Shown: positions 40,757-50,413, counted from the first letter of the stretch. The stretch is 64,000 nucleotides of DNA from Parcubacteria group bacterium (GCA_016181845.1 JACOYO010000001.1:33133-97132); one strand, 5' to 3'. Made by a program: numbers and translations. The notes: generated from the sequence alone by a model not told the origin.

Positions 40757-40806
40757 GAGCCTGTTCATAATCTAATACTAACTGCGTTTAGATTATGAAC
40801 AGTTTC
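40757..40806. mobile_element. Internally deleted IS5-like MITE (about 50 bp)
   Basis: GAGCCTGTTCATAATCTAA-12 nt-TTAGATTATGAACAG; same TIR as 42619-42804. Confidence 0.75.
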
Positions 40807-40961
40807 CAACAAGCCCGATATTCATCAATGATTATGTATGCTGTATAGCATTTTTCTATTATTTTGTCAAATCGCTCGGCCGTTATATATAAAAGAAAAG
40901 CCCTGCCATTGAAATACAATAGCAGAGCTTGGAAATAAAACTTTTTTATATTGCCAGCAAA

Positions 40962-41945
40962 CTACGAAAGAAACATCTCCGCGCGCATCAGCATGAAAGC
41001 AAAGAGCGCACACACGATGAAAGTGAATATCCACGCGGCAATGATATGTAGCGCGGTCCCCCAATGGACTCGCCCTATACCGCGGCTATACATCGCGCCC
41101 ATGAGAGACGAAAGTGTAGAGTGTGTCGTGGAAAGCGGGATCCCAAACGATGAGGCGAGAAGAATGACGAGCGACCCGGAAGTCTCCGTGGCGCACCCCT
41201 GCCATGATTCAATCCGCCCCATTTTTGAGCAGGTTTTGTGAATAATCTTCCTCCCGCCTAGAGCCGTCCCAAGCCCCATGATTCCTGCGCAAACATACGG
41301 CACCCACCATTCTATATGAAATTCAGAACTTGCGTGCCCAAGAACCATGGCAAGCGCTATGATACCGACAAACTTTTGTCCGTCATTCATGCCATGGTTG
41401 AATGCCATGAATCCGGCCGATAAAACTTGCGCGCGGTCAAAAAATCGCCGCATGGGTGTTACCGGTCTGTTTCCTGCAGTCGCTATAATTGTTTTGCAAA
41501 ACAAAAGCGAAAGAAAAAATCCGCCGATTGAGCAGAGAAACAACCCAAGCAGAACTTTAATCCAGCCAGTCCAAATCAACACTCCCATTCCTGCTTTTGC
41601 CACAGCGGCACCGCCGACGCTCGCGATAAGCGCGTGAGATTTGCTTATGGGGAAACCTTTTACAGCCCCCGCAAGAACTCCCCAGCACACGACCGAGAAT
41701 ATCGCGACTCCGAGCGTGGTCAAATCAATAAGCGCCGGATCTACGATTTCTTTTCCGACTGTTTTTGAAACTTTATCCCCAGCCAAGACACCGATGATAT
41801 TAAAAAATACCGCCATAGCAATGCCCATCGGCAGAGAAATGACACGCGTGCTCACCGATGTTGCGATAGCATTTGGCGCGTCAGTCCATCCGTTCACGAG
41901 CTCTGCGCACAGCGCAAGCACGATAACAACAGTTAAGAGTTCCAT
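40962..41945 (-). CDS. pit: Inorganic phosphate transporter, PiT family
   Basis: NGWTDAPNAIAT, HGMNDGQK and PLSTTH motifs. Confidence 0.92.
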   Translation of the reverse strand: MELLTVVIVLALCAELVNGWTDAPNAIATSVSTRVISLPMGIAMAVFFNIIGVLAGDKVSKTVGKEIVDPALIDLTTLGVAIFSVVCWGVLAGAVKGFPISKSHALIASVGGAAVAKAGMGVLIWTGWIKVLLGLFLCSIGGFFLSLLFCKTIIATAGNRPVTPMRRFFDRAQVLSAGFMAFNHGMNDGQKFVGIIALAMVLGHASSEFHIEWWVPYVCAGIMGLGTALGGRKIIHKTCSKMGRIESWQGCATETSGSLVILLASSFGIPLSTTHSTLSSLMGAMYSRGIGRVHWGTALHIIAAWIFTFIVCALFAFMLMRAEMFLS

Positions 41946-41951
41946 GCTCGC

Positions 41952-42602
41952 TCACCGTCCTTCTTTGCGCACCACGCCGACGATAGTGACCGCGAGGTGA
42001 AAGCAGTGATTCGTCGTTTGTTCCAGTTTGGAAATGAGCTGCTCCCAGACATATCGCTCATTTTGAGCGATACCCAACACGAGAGCATCCTGCGACTTGA
42101 CCGCGCTACTGACATTGTCTGCCAATGTTTTGATACATCCCCATCGCAAGTCATCCGCTTCTCTTTCAAGTGCTTTGAGAATGCCGACAATCTCGCTTGC
42201 CCTCTGGGAAGAAAGCTTCGGGATTTGCGCCACCATCGCCTGAAGTTCGGATGTCATTTTTATGATAATCCACACAATCTGTACGCTGTGGGGAGTGAAT
42301 TGTTTTACGGAGTGACTCCGTATCCGGCGCACCACGCCTTCCATGCTGTCCAAAATATCATCCAGATTTTTGAACATGGCTTCAATGTCGCTTTTGTCCA
42401 ATTGGGTGATAAATGTTTTGGACAAGAGCTCATACCCCTGCCTCATACATTCATCGCCATCATGTTCACGGACAAGCACGCGGTCTTCTGCCGCTTGCGC
42501 TTTCTTTTCGTCACTGAAAACTGTATGCAAATGTGTTGCCGCATCAACGGCAAACTCAATTTGCTTTTCAAACAATTTTTGGAACTTATCATCCCTCGAC
42601 AT
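41952..42602 (-). CDS. DUF47 (PhoU-like) Pit accessory protein
   Basis: EHDGD...TFITQLDKSDI...LDDILD and LEREAD motifs; directly upstream of pit. Confidence 0.88.
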   Translation of the reverse strand: MSRDDKFQKLFEKQIEFAVDAATHLHTVFSDEKKAQAAEDRVLVREHDGDECMRQGYELLSKTFITQLDKSDIEAMFKNLDDILDSMEGVVRRIRSHSVKQFTPHSVQIVWIIIKMTSELQAMVAQIPKLSSQRASEIVGILKALEREADDLRWGCIKTLADNVSSAVKSQDALVLGIAQNERYVWEQLISKLEQTTNHCFHLAVTIVGVVRKEGR

Positions 42603-42618
42603 TGCGCGCCTCCATTTA

Positions 42619-42804
42619 GAGCCTGTTCATAATCTAAACGCAGTCAGTATAAGACTAGACAATCGCTTGCCTGCCGAAATATTCAAAATTCTGCTGCAAA
42701 TTGCATATTTTTCGTCAGCGTATCTTGATATGCTTCCTCAAAATCCGCAATTTTCGCAACGAATTTTGAACATTCCGCCTAGGCATTAGATTATGAACAG
42801 GCTC
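42619..42804. mobile_element. IS5-family-like MITE (186 bp) with TTA target duplication
   Basis: Perfect 19-bp TIR GAGCCTGTTCATAATCTAA; TTA on both flanks; no ORF. Confidence 0.85.
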
Positions 42805-42935
42805 TTAGTTTTTTCAATTTTTCAAAGAATCGCCGCAAAAAAGCTTTACTAAAAGTAGCACGCGTAACCGTTTTTGTCAAAAAAAGTTTGGTATGCGAAA
42901 GCCGAATGATAAATTTTGCAAAGGAGGAATTCTTG

Positions 42936-42967
42936 TAAAAACCTTTCGATATATCGAAAGGTTTTAT
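42936..42967. repeat. Palindromic repeat family B, intergenic copy
   Basis: Perfect palindrome AAAACCTTTCGATATATCGAAAGGTTTT; further copies at 29334-29365 and 49362-49393. Confidence 0.85.
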
Positions 42968-43002
42968 GGGTAAAAAATTTGCTACGCGAAAGCAAAGTGA
43001 CT

Positions 43003-44673
43003 TTATAAAAACAGACGCGCGAGACGTAAATCATCAAATGAGTACTCGCCCTTGAGTTTGCGGTGCGCGGGAGTTAATTTCATGTCTTTTGTCGCGGCAA
43101 ATGCCTCTTTTATTTTTTTGAAATCGCGCGCATCCGGCCTGAATCTGATTAAATCGCAATCTGGAAAAAGTGCTTTTATTTTTTCCAAATGTGAAATAAT
43201 TGTCCCCGGCGTCATGCCGCGCTCCTTCGCGATTGCTTGCAAAGAAAGTCCTCGCGCCACATACTCACGTGTCTTTTCGTAAGTTGAGACGCGCTGTTTC
43301 GGCGATTCTTTTTCTTTTTTGTGTTTCTCTCTGTTTTTCGCGATTTCTTTTTTATTGAGCGTCCCTCCGCAGGCGATAATAAATTTTTCATGCATCGCTT
43401 CAAGCTCTTTTTCTGAAAATTGCCGGAGTGAGCGCTCCCATTTGGAAGAATCAGCGAGCAATCTTTTATCAAGTACCGCGACATCGGGATACACGGCAAG
43501 CGCCATGTCGTTCATGCCGCGAAGAAAAAGCCCCGAAAGCGAGCGGAGCCGCGAGAGCGCCACATATCCCTGCCCTGGCACAAACGCTTGCGAGAGATCA
43601 ATCTCCGCCGCGTCCATGCTCATCCCCTGACTCTTATGAATCGTTATCGCCCATGCGAGCCGAAGCGGTAATTGGCTCACGGACGCGAGCGTTTTTTCGT
43701 CTTCTTTGATTTCCCATTCCGCTGAAGAAACAGCAATGTCCCTCCCGTCAAACGTCCGCACGACTGGCTGCTCGTCGTCAAAATCTGTCACCGTACCAAG
43801 CGTGCCGTTATTGTATCCTCCTTCTATATTATTTTTTACAAACATAACGACCGCGTCTTTTTTTAATTTCAGCGTTTCCGGAGCCAAAATATTTTTTTTC
43901 AATGTTTCTACCAAATGCAGCTTTCCTTTCGAGCGCATCTCGTACGTTTTCTCCTCGCCCGAAAGTTTACCCAATTCAATTTCGTTTTCGGCATCAACAT
44001 CGGCGTTGTGCGTATAAAGCCGCGTCGGAAGCGCACCGCTCTTCCTCTCTTTATATCCTGAAGCCATGAGAATTTTTTTGGTGTGCGAAGACACGGCGCC
44101 ACCACGTATTTCATTCAAAAGATTTTCCAGCACCGCGTCTCCGTGCCGAAATTGTTCATCAAGATAACAGACGCGGATGTCCGACGCTTTCCACGCGTCT
44201 GATACATGAATAAACTCCACCGCCATATTGCCGCGCGTAATTGGCGGCAGCTGAAAAAAATCGCCAGCAAGCACAATCTGCATCCCACCAAATGGTTTGT
44301 CACTTCGCTTCATCTCTCGGCACACGCGCTCCACCGTATCAAACAAGCGCGGAGAAAGCATGGACACTTCATCAATAACCAATATTTTTGTCTTTTCAAA
44401 CCGCTTCCACAAATATTCTTTTTGCGCGAGCGCTTCCAACTCATATTGCGAGAGCGTATCTCGGACGCCAACGCCCGACCACGAATGGAGCGTCACCCCG
44501 CCCAAATGAGTCGCGGCAATGCCGGTGGATGCCGTTACCGCTATCGGTATGCCGCGCTCTTTGATATATGAAATATATTTGTTCAGGACGTGCGTCTTCC
44601 CGCTGCCGGCGGCACCGGTAAGGTAAACATTTTTCCCCGCTTTAAGCACCTCAAGCGCTTGCGTCTGTTTCAT
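43003..44673 (-). CDS. PIF1-like helicase with a C-terminal HTH domain
   Basis: GAAGSGKT, IDEVSM, GDFFQLPP, AWAITIHKSQG and YVALSR motifs; start at MKQTQAL. Confidence 0.92.
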   Translation of the reverse strand: MKQTQALEVLKAGKNVYLTGAAGSGKTHVLNKYISYIKERGIPIAVTASTGIAATHLGGVTLHSWSGVGVRDTLSQYELEALAQKEYLWKRFEKTKILVIDEVSMLSPRLFDTVERVCREMKRSDKPFGGMQIVLAGDFFQLPPITRGNMAVEFIHVSDAWKASDIRVCYLDEQFRHGDAVLENLLNEIRGGAVSSHTKKILMASGYKERKSGALPTRLYTHNADVDAENEIELGKLSGEEKTYEMRSKGKLHLVETLKKNILAPETLKLKKDAVVMFVKNNIEGGYNNGTLGTVTDFDDEQPVVRTFDGRDIAVSSAEWEIKEDEKTLASVSQLPLRLAWAITIHKSQGMSMDAAEIDLSQAFVPGQGYVALSRLRSLSGLFLRGMNDMALAVYPDVAVLDKRLLADSSKWERSLRQFSEKELEAMHEKFIIACGGTLNKKEIAKNREKHKKEKESPKQRVSTYEKTREYVARGLSLQAIAKERGMTPGTIISHLEKIKALFPDCDLIRFRPDARDFKKIKEAFAATKDMKLTPAHRKLKGEYSFDDLRLARLFL

Positions 44674-44734
44674 AAAAAATATTGTAGCACAACATGGTTG
44701 CTTTAATCTCCAAAAAGACTTTCGGTTTATCACC

Positions 44735-44860
44735 TTGACATGGCAAGTGATTAGTATACACTTGTAAATACAAATGGCCTTCGGGCTCGGTTCATCGCAA
44801 GATGAACCAGACAAGTTCAAAAACGCGATTATAGCATAGCTTTAATCGCGTTTTTGATTT
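44735..44860 (+). ncRNA. Putative small RNA with its promoter
   Basis: TTGACA-16-TACACT, then UUCG and GCAA tetraloop hairpins and a long terminator hairpin; no + strand gene follows. Confidence 0.55.
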
Positions 44861-44892
44861 TTATGATAAATACAACCGAAAATCTATTTTTA

Positions 44893-45255
44893 CTATAGTA
44901 AACCAATAATAATTTGAACGACGCCAACAGCAACTCCAATAACAATAGCAGAGATTGCAATGCGCGTTGCTCTTGTACCACTTCTCTCTGCTTCTTTTAA
45001 CATGCGATATTCAATAATAGTGGATACACCCTTGGCTGTTATCGCATAACGATGTTTATCTTGCGCATCTAAATATTCAACATGTTCAATCACTCTGTCA
45101 CTAGATTGATCAGGTTTAAGTATCCTTATGTACCAATTCTTTTCTTTTGGTGTTAAAATAAATTTTTTTATCAAATCTTCTTCGAGAAACCCGCCCTCTT
45201 GTTTTTCATAAGCCCATTCTAGTATTTCCATAAAGATGCCATCTTTAGTTTTCAT
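44893..45255 (-). CDS. Hypothetical protein, wHTH-like N-terminus with a C-terminal TM helix
   Basis: YAITAKG wing-like motif; hydrophobic C-terminus; AT-rich DNA. Confidence 0.6.
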   Translation of the reverse strand: MKTKDGIFMEILEWAYEKQEGGFLEEDLIKKFILTPKEKNWYIRILKPDQSSDRVIEHVEYLDAQDKHRYAITAKGVSTIIEYRMLKEAERSGTRATRIAISAIVIGVAVGVVQIIIGLL

Positions 45256-45266
45256 TGGATTTCAGT

Positions 45267-47075
45267 TTATTTAATCTTAAAAGTAAACGTGATTGGAAGA
45301 CTGGAGACAGCGCGATAGAGACCAGAAGTCTGACCGATCGCTCTCATTTCTTTTATAGTGAAAGTATGAGTGCCAGTTGGCATGCCAGTTGTGTCATATA
45401 TTTTGATTTGATATAGAGTGGTATTCTGATTTAGAGGCGCTCCAGATCCAAAAATATTAAAGTCTAAACTGCCAGCCCAAATGCGTAATTTATTAACATC
45501 AATATCAGATTCAAATTTTATCTCGCCAATTCTAAAAGGCTCATCTGCATTTGAAAGACCAAAGGCGGCAATAGTAGCTCCTTGATAGCCAATTGGATAT
45601 TCTGGTATTTCTATAGTGTAATCAATATTATTTGAATCTTGTTGATAAATAGTTCTTCTCTCAATTTTTGGATCAATCTTTATATATTCCACTGCTTTTA
45701 TATCAACGCTTTTACTTATGCCATTCCAAGAAAAAACTATGTTGTGTGTGCCAACCGTTTTTGGATAATAAGTAAAAGAGCCTCCATCAGAACGAGTCTG
45801 GTTTTGAGTAGAATCAGGAGTAAACATTGAAATATTCTTATTTGTTTGTAGCTGCCCATTTTTAAGAATACTTACTTTCAAAGAAGCGCTATTCCACTCA
45901 TTTGCTTGTACTGATGTTTTATCTGGTTGTATTAAAATATCATATTCATCTGGTTTAGTTAAAAAAGAACCTTCCTTTTTTACAACTTGGACACCTGCAA
46001 TAGATTCAATTTCATATGAATAGGTAGTTCCGCTAACTAAATTCGTGAGATTAACTATGTGGCGAGTAGACAGGCCAGATTCAGAATTGTAAACTTTCGA
46101 AGATAAACTTCCACCGGAAATAAATATTTTTGAGTCAGTTGGAATGTTTGTTTGCCATTCGATTCTTGCCGAGGACAGAGATACTTCCACATTAACTGCT
46201 GATATTTGAATATGAATAACAGTTGTGGGGACTTGAGATTGTGCCGATAATGGTAAAATATGGGTTTGTTCCAATGCTTCCTTGATCGTACGAACAATAT
46301 TCCCATTTGAATCCATTTCCACAACAGCACCGTTGGGCAAATTTACGGTGCTGTTTTTTGGCTCTTCTGTTTTGTCTTTTTTATCATCAATTTTCGCTTC
46401 TTTTTCTTTCGGCTCGCTTACTTTTTGTTTAAGATTTTCTATTTCATCTTTGAGTTTATTGATGGTTTTTATTTGTTCATCTTTTTTATCCTCGCCCACT
46501 TGCGGAGTTGCTTCTTTGTCTTTCAATTCCGCTTTCAAATCTTCAAGTTGTTGTTTGAGTCCCAACACTTCTTTTTTAAGTTCGGTCATTTGTTTCGCCG
46601 CTTCTTCCTGCCCTTTTTTGCTTGCTTCAATGGCTTTTTCAATCGCCGCTTTGGCTTCTTCGGGTACTTTAATCAGGACGGCAGACAATGCTTCATGATT
46701 TTTTGCAGTGGTGTCTTCAATGGAAGTGAACAGGTTTTCCGCTTGTATTTTGTCTTTGACATCTTTTGATTTTTCAATTGCTAGAGCGACATTTTCTTCA
46801 TAACTAGCGAGAGCTATTTTTACTGCGTCTGGGTTTTTGTCTTCCGCGACAGATTCTATTTCCGCCAATCGTTCATTCGCATATTCCAACGCTTTTTTCG
46901 CTTTCTGTTCGGGATTGAATGTGAAGAAAAGCCCGATTTTTTCGAAAGTGGTATCAAAGAGATAAAAGAAGCTCCCTGGTTTTACGCCTGCGCTTGTGGC
47001 AGCAGATACTGGGGCAGGCACTATAAAAGCAATTGAAATAAATAGTATTGATAATATTGTGAGTGATTTTTTCAT
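45267..47075 (-). CDS. Secreted DUF5667-like coiled-coil protein with FN3/Ig-like C-terminal domains
   Basis: Signal peptide; GVKPGSFFY..D...ERLAE; IEWQTN...HIVNLTNL...YSYEI. Confidence 0.7.
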   Translation of the reverse strand: MKKSLTILSILFISIAFIVPAPVSAATSAGVKPGSFFYLFDTTFEKIGLFFTFNPEQKAKKALEYANERLAEIESVAEDKNPDAVKIALASYEENVALAIEKSKDVKDKIQAENLFTSIEDTTAKNHEALSAVLIKVPEEAKAAIEKAIEASKKGQEEAAKQMTELKKEVLGLKQQLEDLKAELKDKEATPQVGEDKKDEQIKTINKLKDEIENLKQKVSEPKEKEAKIDDKKDKTEEPKNSTVNLPNGAVVEMDSNGNIVRTIKEALEQTHILPLSAQSQVPTTVIHIQISAVNVEVSLSSARIEWQTNIPTDSKIFISGGSLSSKVYNSESGLSTRHIVNLTNLVSGTTYSYEIESIAGVQVVKKEGSFLTKPDEYDILIQPDKTSVQANEWNSASLKVSILKNGQLQTNKNISMFTPDSTQNQTRSDGGSFTYYPKTVGTHNIVFSWNGISKSVDIKAVEYIKIDPKIERRTIYQQDSNNIDYTIEIPEYPIGYQGATIAAFGLSNADEPFRIGEIKFESDIDVNKLRIWAGSLDFNIFGSGAPLNQNTTLYQIKIYDTTGMPTGTHTFTIKEMRAIGQTSGLYRAVSSLPITFTFKIK

Positions 47076-47122
47076 ATATCTATAGTACAGAATAATTAAT
47101 GATTTAGGAACATATCCACACA

Positions 47123-48106
47123 CTACAAAACATCCTTTTCCGCCGCTTCTTTCAAAATGATTTTTTGGAGCGCTTGCACATCTTTGTCGTCGTACAATGA
47201 TACTGTCGTAACTATCGGCGCTAGTTTTTTCAATTTTTGAATATCTTTTTTAAGGCGCGCAACGTCGTGAGTGATGTCGGTTTTTGTGATGACCACGATT
47301 TCTTTTTTCTCAAGCAACACGGGGTCAAATTGTTTCAATTCTTTCCGCACCGTCTTATACGCCGCGAGCAAATCGTCGTTTTCAAGCGAAACAAGGTGCA
47401 CGAGTATCTTGGTGCGGCGAATGTGCCGCAAAAATTTATGCCCGAGCCCTTTCCCTTCTGCCGCGCCCTCCACAAGCCCCGGAACATCGGCGATGATATA
47501 TCCGAAACATTCTCCCAAGTTTGGTTCAAGCGTCGTAAACGGATAGTCGCCCACTTTCCCCCGCGCGTTTGAAAGCGCGTTCAAAATACTCGTCTTGCCC
47601 GCATTAGGAAAACCGATGAGCCCGATGTCGGCGATGAGCTCCACTTCAATATAAAACTCCGCATCTTCGCCCGGTTTCCCCGGCGTCGCTTTTTGCGGCG
47701 AACGATTGACCGAGCTTTTGAACGATTCATTGCCGCGGCCGCCCTGCCCCCCCGAAAGCAAGAGCACGCGTTCTCCTTCTTCGTACAATGAAATTTGCTG
47801 TCCTGTTTTTTTGTTGGTGATAATTGAACCGATTGGAAATAAAATATCAAGGTCTTTTCCGTTGGCGCCGTGCAAACTTTTTTTGCCGCCATTTTCACCG
47901 CGCTCCGCGGCAAATTCTTTGATCGCACGATACCGCGCGAGCAGATGCACATCGCGTACGGCTTTTGCATAGACATGCCCGCCGCGACCGCCGTCGCCAC
48001 CGGCAGGTCCTCCCAATTCAATCCCCTTCTCATGACGCCAGCGCACGACGCCGCCACCGCCGTCGCCCGCTTTCGCGTATATAGTTAATTCATCAATAAA
48101 AGCCAT
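47123..48106 (-). CDS. obgE: GTPase Obg
   Basis: FIDE..AGDGG glycine-rich Obg fold; GFPNAGKT, YPFTT, DVPG and TKTD motifs. Confidence 0.96.
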   Translation of the reverse strand: MAFIDELTIYAKAGDGGGGVVRWRHEKGIELGGPAGGDGGRGGHVYAKAVRDVHLLARYRAIKEFAAERGENGGKKSLHGANGKDLDILFPIGSIITNKKTGQQISLYEEGERVLLLSGGQGGRGNESFKSSVNRSPQKATPGKPGEDAEFYIEVELIADIGLIGFPNAGKTSILNALSNARGKVGDYPFTTLEPNLGECFGYIIADVPGLVEGAAEGKGLGHKFLRHIRRTKILVHLVSLENDDLLAAYKTVRKELKQFDPVLLEKKEIVVITKTDITHDVARLKKDIQKLKKLAPIVTTVSLYDDKDVQALQKIILKEAAEKDVL

Positions 48107-48118
48107 AAAAAAATTATT

Positions 48119-48221
48119 AAGAAGTCCAACTTCTTGTGTGTGAGACGTCCGACTTCTGCTGTGGTAATTACTTTATTTGTGGCCAATGCCGATGTTTTAC
48201 CACTTCAGAAGTCGGACGTCT
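48119..48221. repeat. REP/REPIN-like inverted doublet
   Basis: AGACGTCCGACTTCTG..GTGGTAA / TTACCAC..CAGAAGTCGGACGTCT, plus AAGAAGTCCAACTTCTT. Confidence 0.75.
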
Positions 48222-48239
48222 AAACGGTCAATGCCGATT

Positions 48240-49022
48240 TTATGTTATTTTTTTACTTGGAGGTTGAGCCTCCAAGTGAAGCGCTTTCGGATGTCCCAAG
48301 CTCCATTGGTGGAGCGCCACAGCGGCGGACGCGCCGACATTGAGCGATTCGCATTGTTCGTTCGTGGCAATAGAGAGAAGCACATCACAGAGCTCGCGCG
48401 TCTTTGCGCGGATACCTTTTGATTCGTTGCCCAAAATAAATACCGCCGGCGCGTCAAAAACTTCTTTGGCAATCGGATGTGGCGCTTCTTCATCAAGCCC
48501 GTAAATCCAAAAACCTTTTTCTTTCAAATCACGCACGGTCATATTCACGTTGCCAATTTGCACCAAAGGAATCCGAAATGCCATACCCGCCGACACCTTA
48601 ACTACAGAGCCGGTAATCTGCGCCTGATTGTGTTCCGGCAAAAGCACGCCCGAAATGCCAAATGCCGCGGCGCTACGAATAATCGCGCCGACATTCTGTG
48701 GGTCTTCCAGTTCGTCCAAAAGCACGAGCGCTGTGTCGGGATTGACAGATAGTGTCCGTATAAATTCATCGTATGGCAACACGAGAGCATCAGTAGAAAC
48801 AAGCGCAATAAACCCTTGATGCACCGCGCCAGCATCAATGCCGCGCGGCGGCGTATCGGCAGGAAAGCTCGACATAAGCGCGCCGGCTTTCCGTATCAAT
48901 CCTTTCAGCGCGTCATCGTGTATATGCGTTGCCAAAAAAACCTGCTCCACCGTTTTCGGCGCGTGGGTGAGCGCCTCCATAAGCGCGTGCCGTCCATAAA
49001 TGTATGTTTTGCTTCGTATCAT
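48240..49022 (-). CDS. rlmB: 23S rRNA Gm2251 methyltransferase (TrmH/SpoU family)
   Basis: IYGRH, HQG, DPQNVGAIIRSA, GNESKG and ESLNV motifs. Confidence 0.9.
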   Translation of the reverse strand: MIRSKTYIYGRHALMEALTHAPKTVEQVFLATHIHDDALKGLIRKAGALMSSFPADTPPRGIDAGAVHQGFIALVSTDALVLPYDEFIRTLSVNPDTALVLLDELEDPQNVGAIIRSAAAFGISGVLLPEHNQAQITGSVVKVSAGMAFRIPLVQIGNVNMTVRDLKEKGFWIYGLDEEAPHPIAKEVFDAPAVFILGNESKGIRAKTRELCDVLLSIATNEQCESLNVGASAAVALHQWSLGHPKALHLEAQPPSKKIT

Positions 49023-49192
49023 AATTGTTTAGAGTGTAGCAGAAGACTTGCATCTGCGCGAGGTTGCAAAAAGTTGCATACGCAACTTGAAGGCTTAGCC
49101 TCCAAGAGCACACAGCGACAAACTATGCCAGTATACTGGCATAGTTTCATTTGTTGCAGAACGACACAAAAAAAAGATAGTATACAAACACA

Positions 49193-49981
49193 ATGCAAGA
49201 AAAGAGAAGGGAAAAGAAAAAAATGCGGTGGAGAAAACAAAAACGCCAAGCCAGCTCTTTTTGGGAAAAAGAATATAAGAGCGGCGAGCATTTGGCTCTC
49301 TCGACAAGCGCGAGCGAAGACCTGCAAAAATTCACGCGGTGGCTTTCGCGCGAAAATGATAATAAAACCTTGCGATATATCGAAAGGTTTTTACCAGTAA
49401 ATAAATACTCGACGACAAAAGCATCCGTTGCTGATTTAGGCACCGGCAATGGGAGAAATCTTATATACCTTGCAGAAACGTTCGGCATGAAAGGCACTGG
49501 ATTTGATATTTCCCGCGAGGCGATTGAACAGGCAAAAATCGCGAGCAAAAACAAAAATTTGCCGCTTGAATTTTTCGTGCGCTCAATCGCGGAGCCAATT
49601 CCACTGCCCGATAATTCACAAGACATCGTCCTTGATATGATGACCTCGCATTTTTTAAACAACTCCGAGCGAGCGATCCTCCTTTCCGAAATCGCGCGCA
49701 TTTTGAAACCGGGCGGCTTTCTTTTTTTCAAAACATTTCTTCTTGATGAGGATATTCACGCGGCGCGTCTTTTGCGCGAGCACCCAGCGGGAGAACCGGG
49801 CTCATACATTCACCCTGAAATCGGCAAAGCCGAGCATGTATTCACCGAAAATGAAATCGTTGCTCTCTTTTCTCACTATTTCACGATACGAAAAATTACC
49901 AAATCGCACCGCCACAAAATCAAAGGACATGCCGCCAAACGCAGAAGCATTTCCGTATACGCAGAAAAAGAAATCCGTTAA
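49193..49981 (+). CDS. Class I SAM-dependent methyltransferase
   Basis: ADLGTGNGRN, GFDIS and RILKPGG motifs; start uncertain. Confidence 0.85.
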   Translation: MQEKRREKKKMRWRKQKRQASSFWEKEYKSGEHLALSTSASEDLQKFTRWLSRENDNKTLRYIERFLPVNKYSTTKASVADLGTGNGRNLIYLAETFGMKGTGFDISREAIEQAKIASKNKNLPLEFFVRSIAEPIPLPDNSQDIVLDMMTSHFLNNSERAILLSEIARILKPGGFLFFKTFLLDEDIHAARLLREHPAGEPGSYIHPEIGKAEHVFTENEIVALFSHYFTIRKITKSHRHKIKGHAAKRRSISVYAEKEIR

Positions 49982-50075
49982 TTTTTTTGTTGGAACTGAA
50001 AACCCATATTCGCTCAATATTTCCATTTGCTTAAGAAAAGGGTTGCTTTTAAATCAAACGCATGTTTGGTATCAA

Positions 50076-50100
50076 AAATATGACAATAATTTTGTCGTCA
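50076..50100. promoter_or_regulatory. 25-bp motif identical to the reverse complement of 56344-56368
   Basis: AAATATGACAATAATTTTGTCGTCA. Confidence 0.75.
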
Positions 50101-50413
50101 CTTTTTCAAAGTTGTCCAAAAATTTGGCTTTGAAAAAACGGCTTCATATAATAATATAATATATATATTTCAATGATAAGCGGGGGAATTTTACTAATCA
50201 TGTATTTCAAACGGTAAAAAAATTATCAAAAAATGTTTTGGGCATATAGTTGTAGCAGAAAATAGTTTGATTGAAAATTTTTTATGTACTTCGGTAATGG
50301 TTCAGGAAAGGAGGCTCGGGGAGCATACACCTCTTATGCTGTAAAACATGTTGGCTTTCCCCAGCGCCAACACGCACCAACATTCATATCAAAATTCTAA
50401 ATGGGAGGAGCGT

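Noticed and set aside
44674-44820. N-terminal extension of the PIF1 ORF in the track
   Set aside because: It is antisense to the putative sRNA; an extended -10 just before ATG 44673 supports the shorter start.
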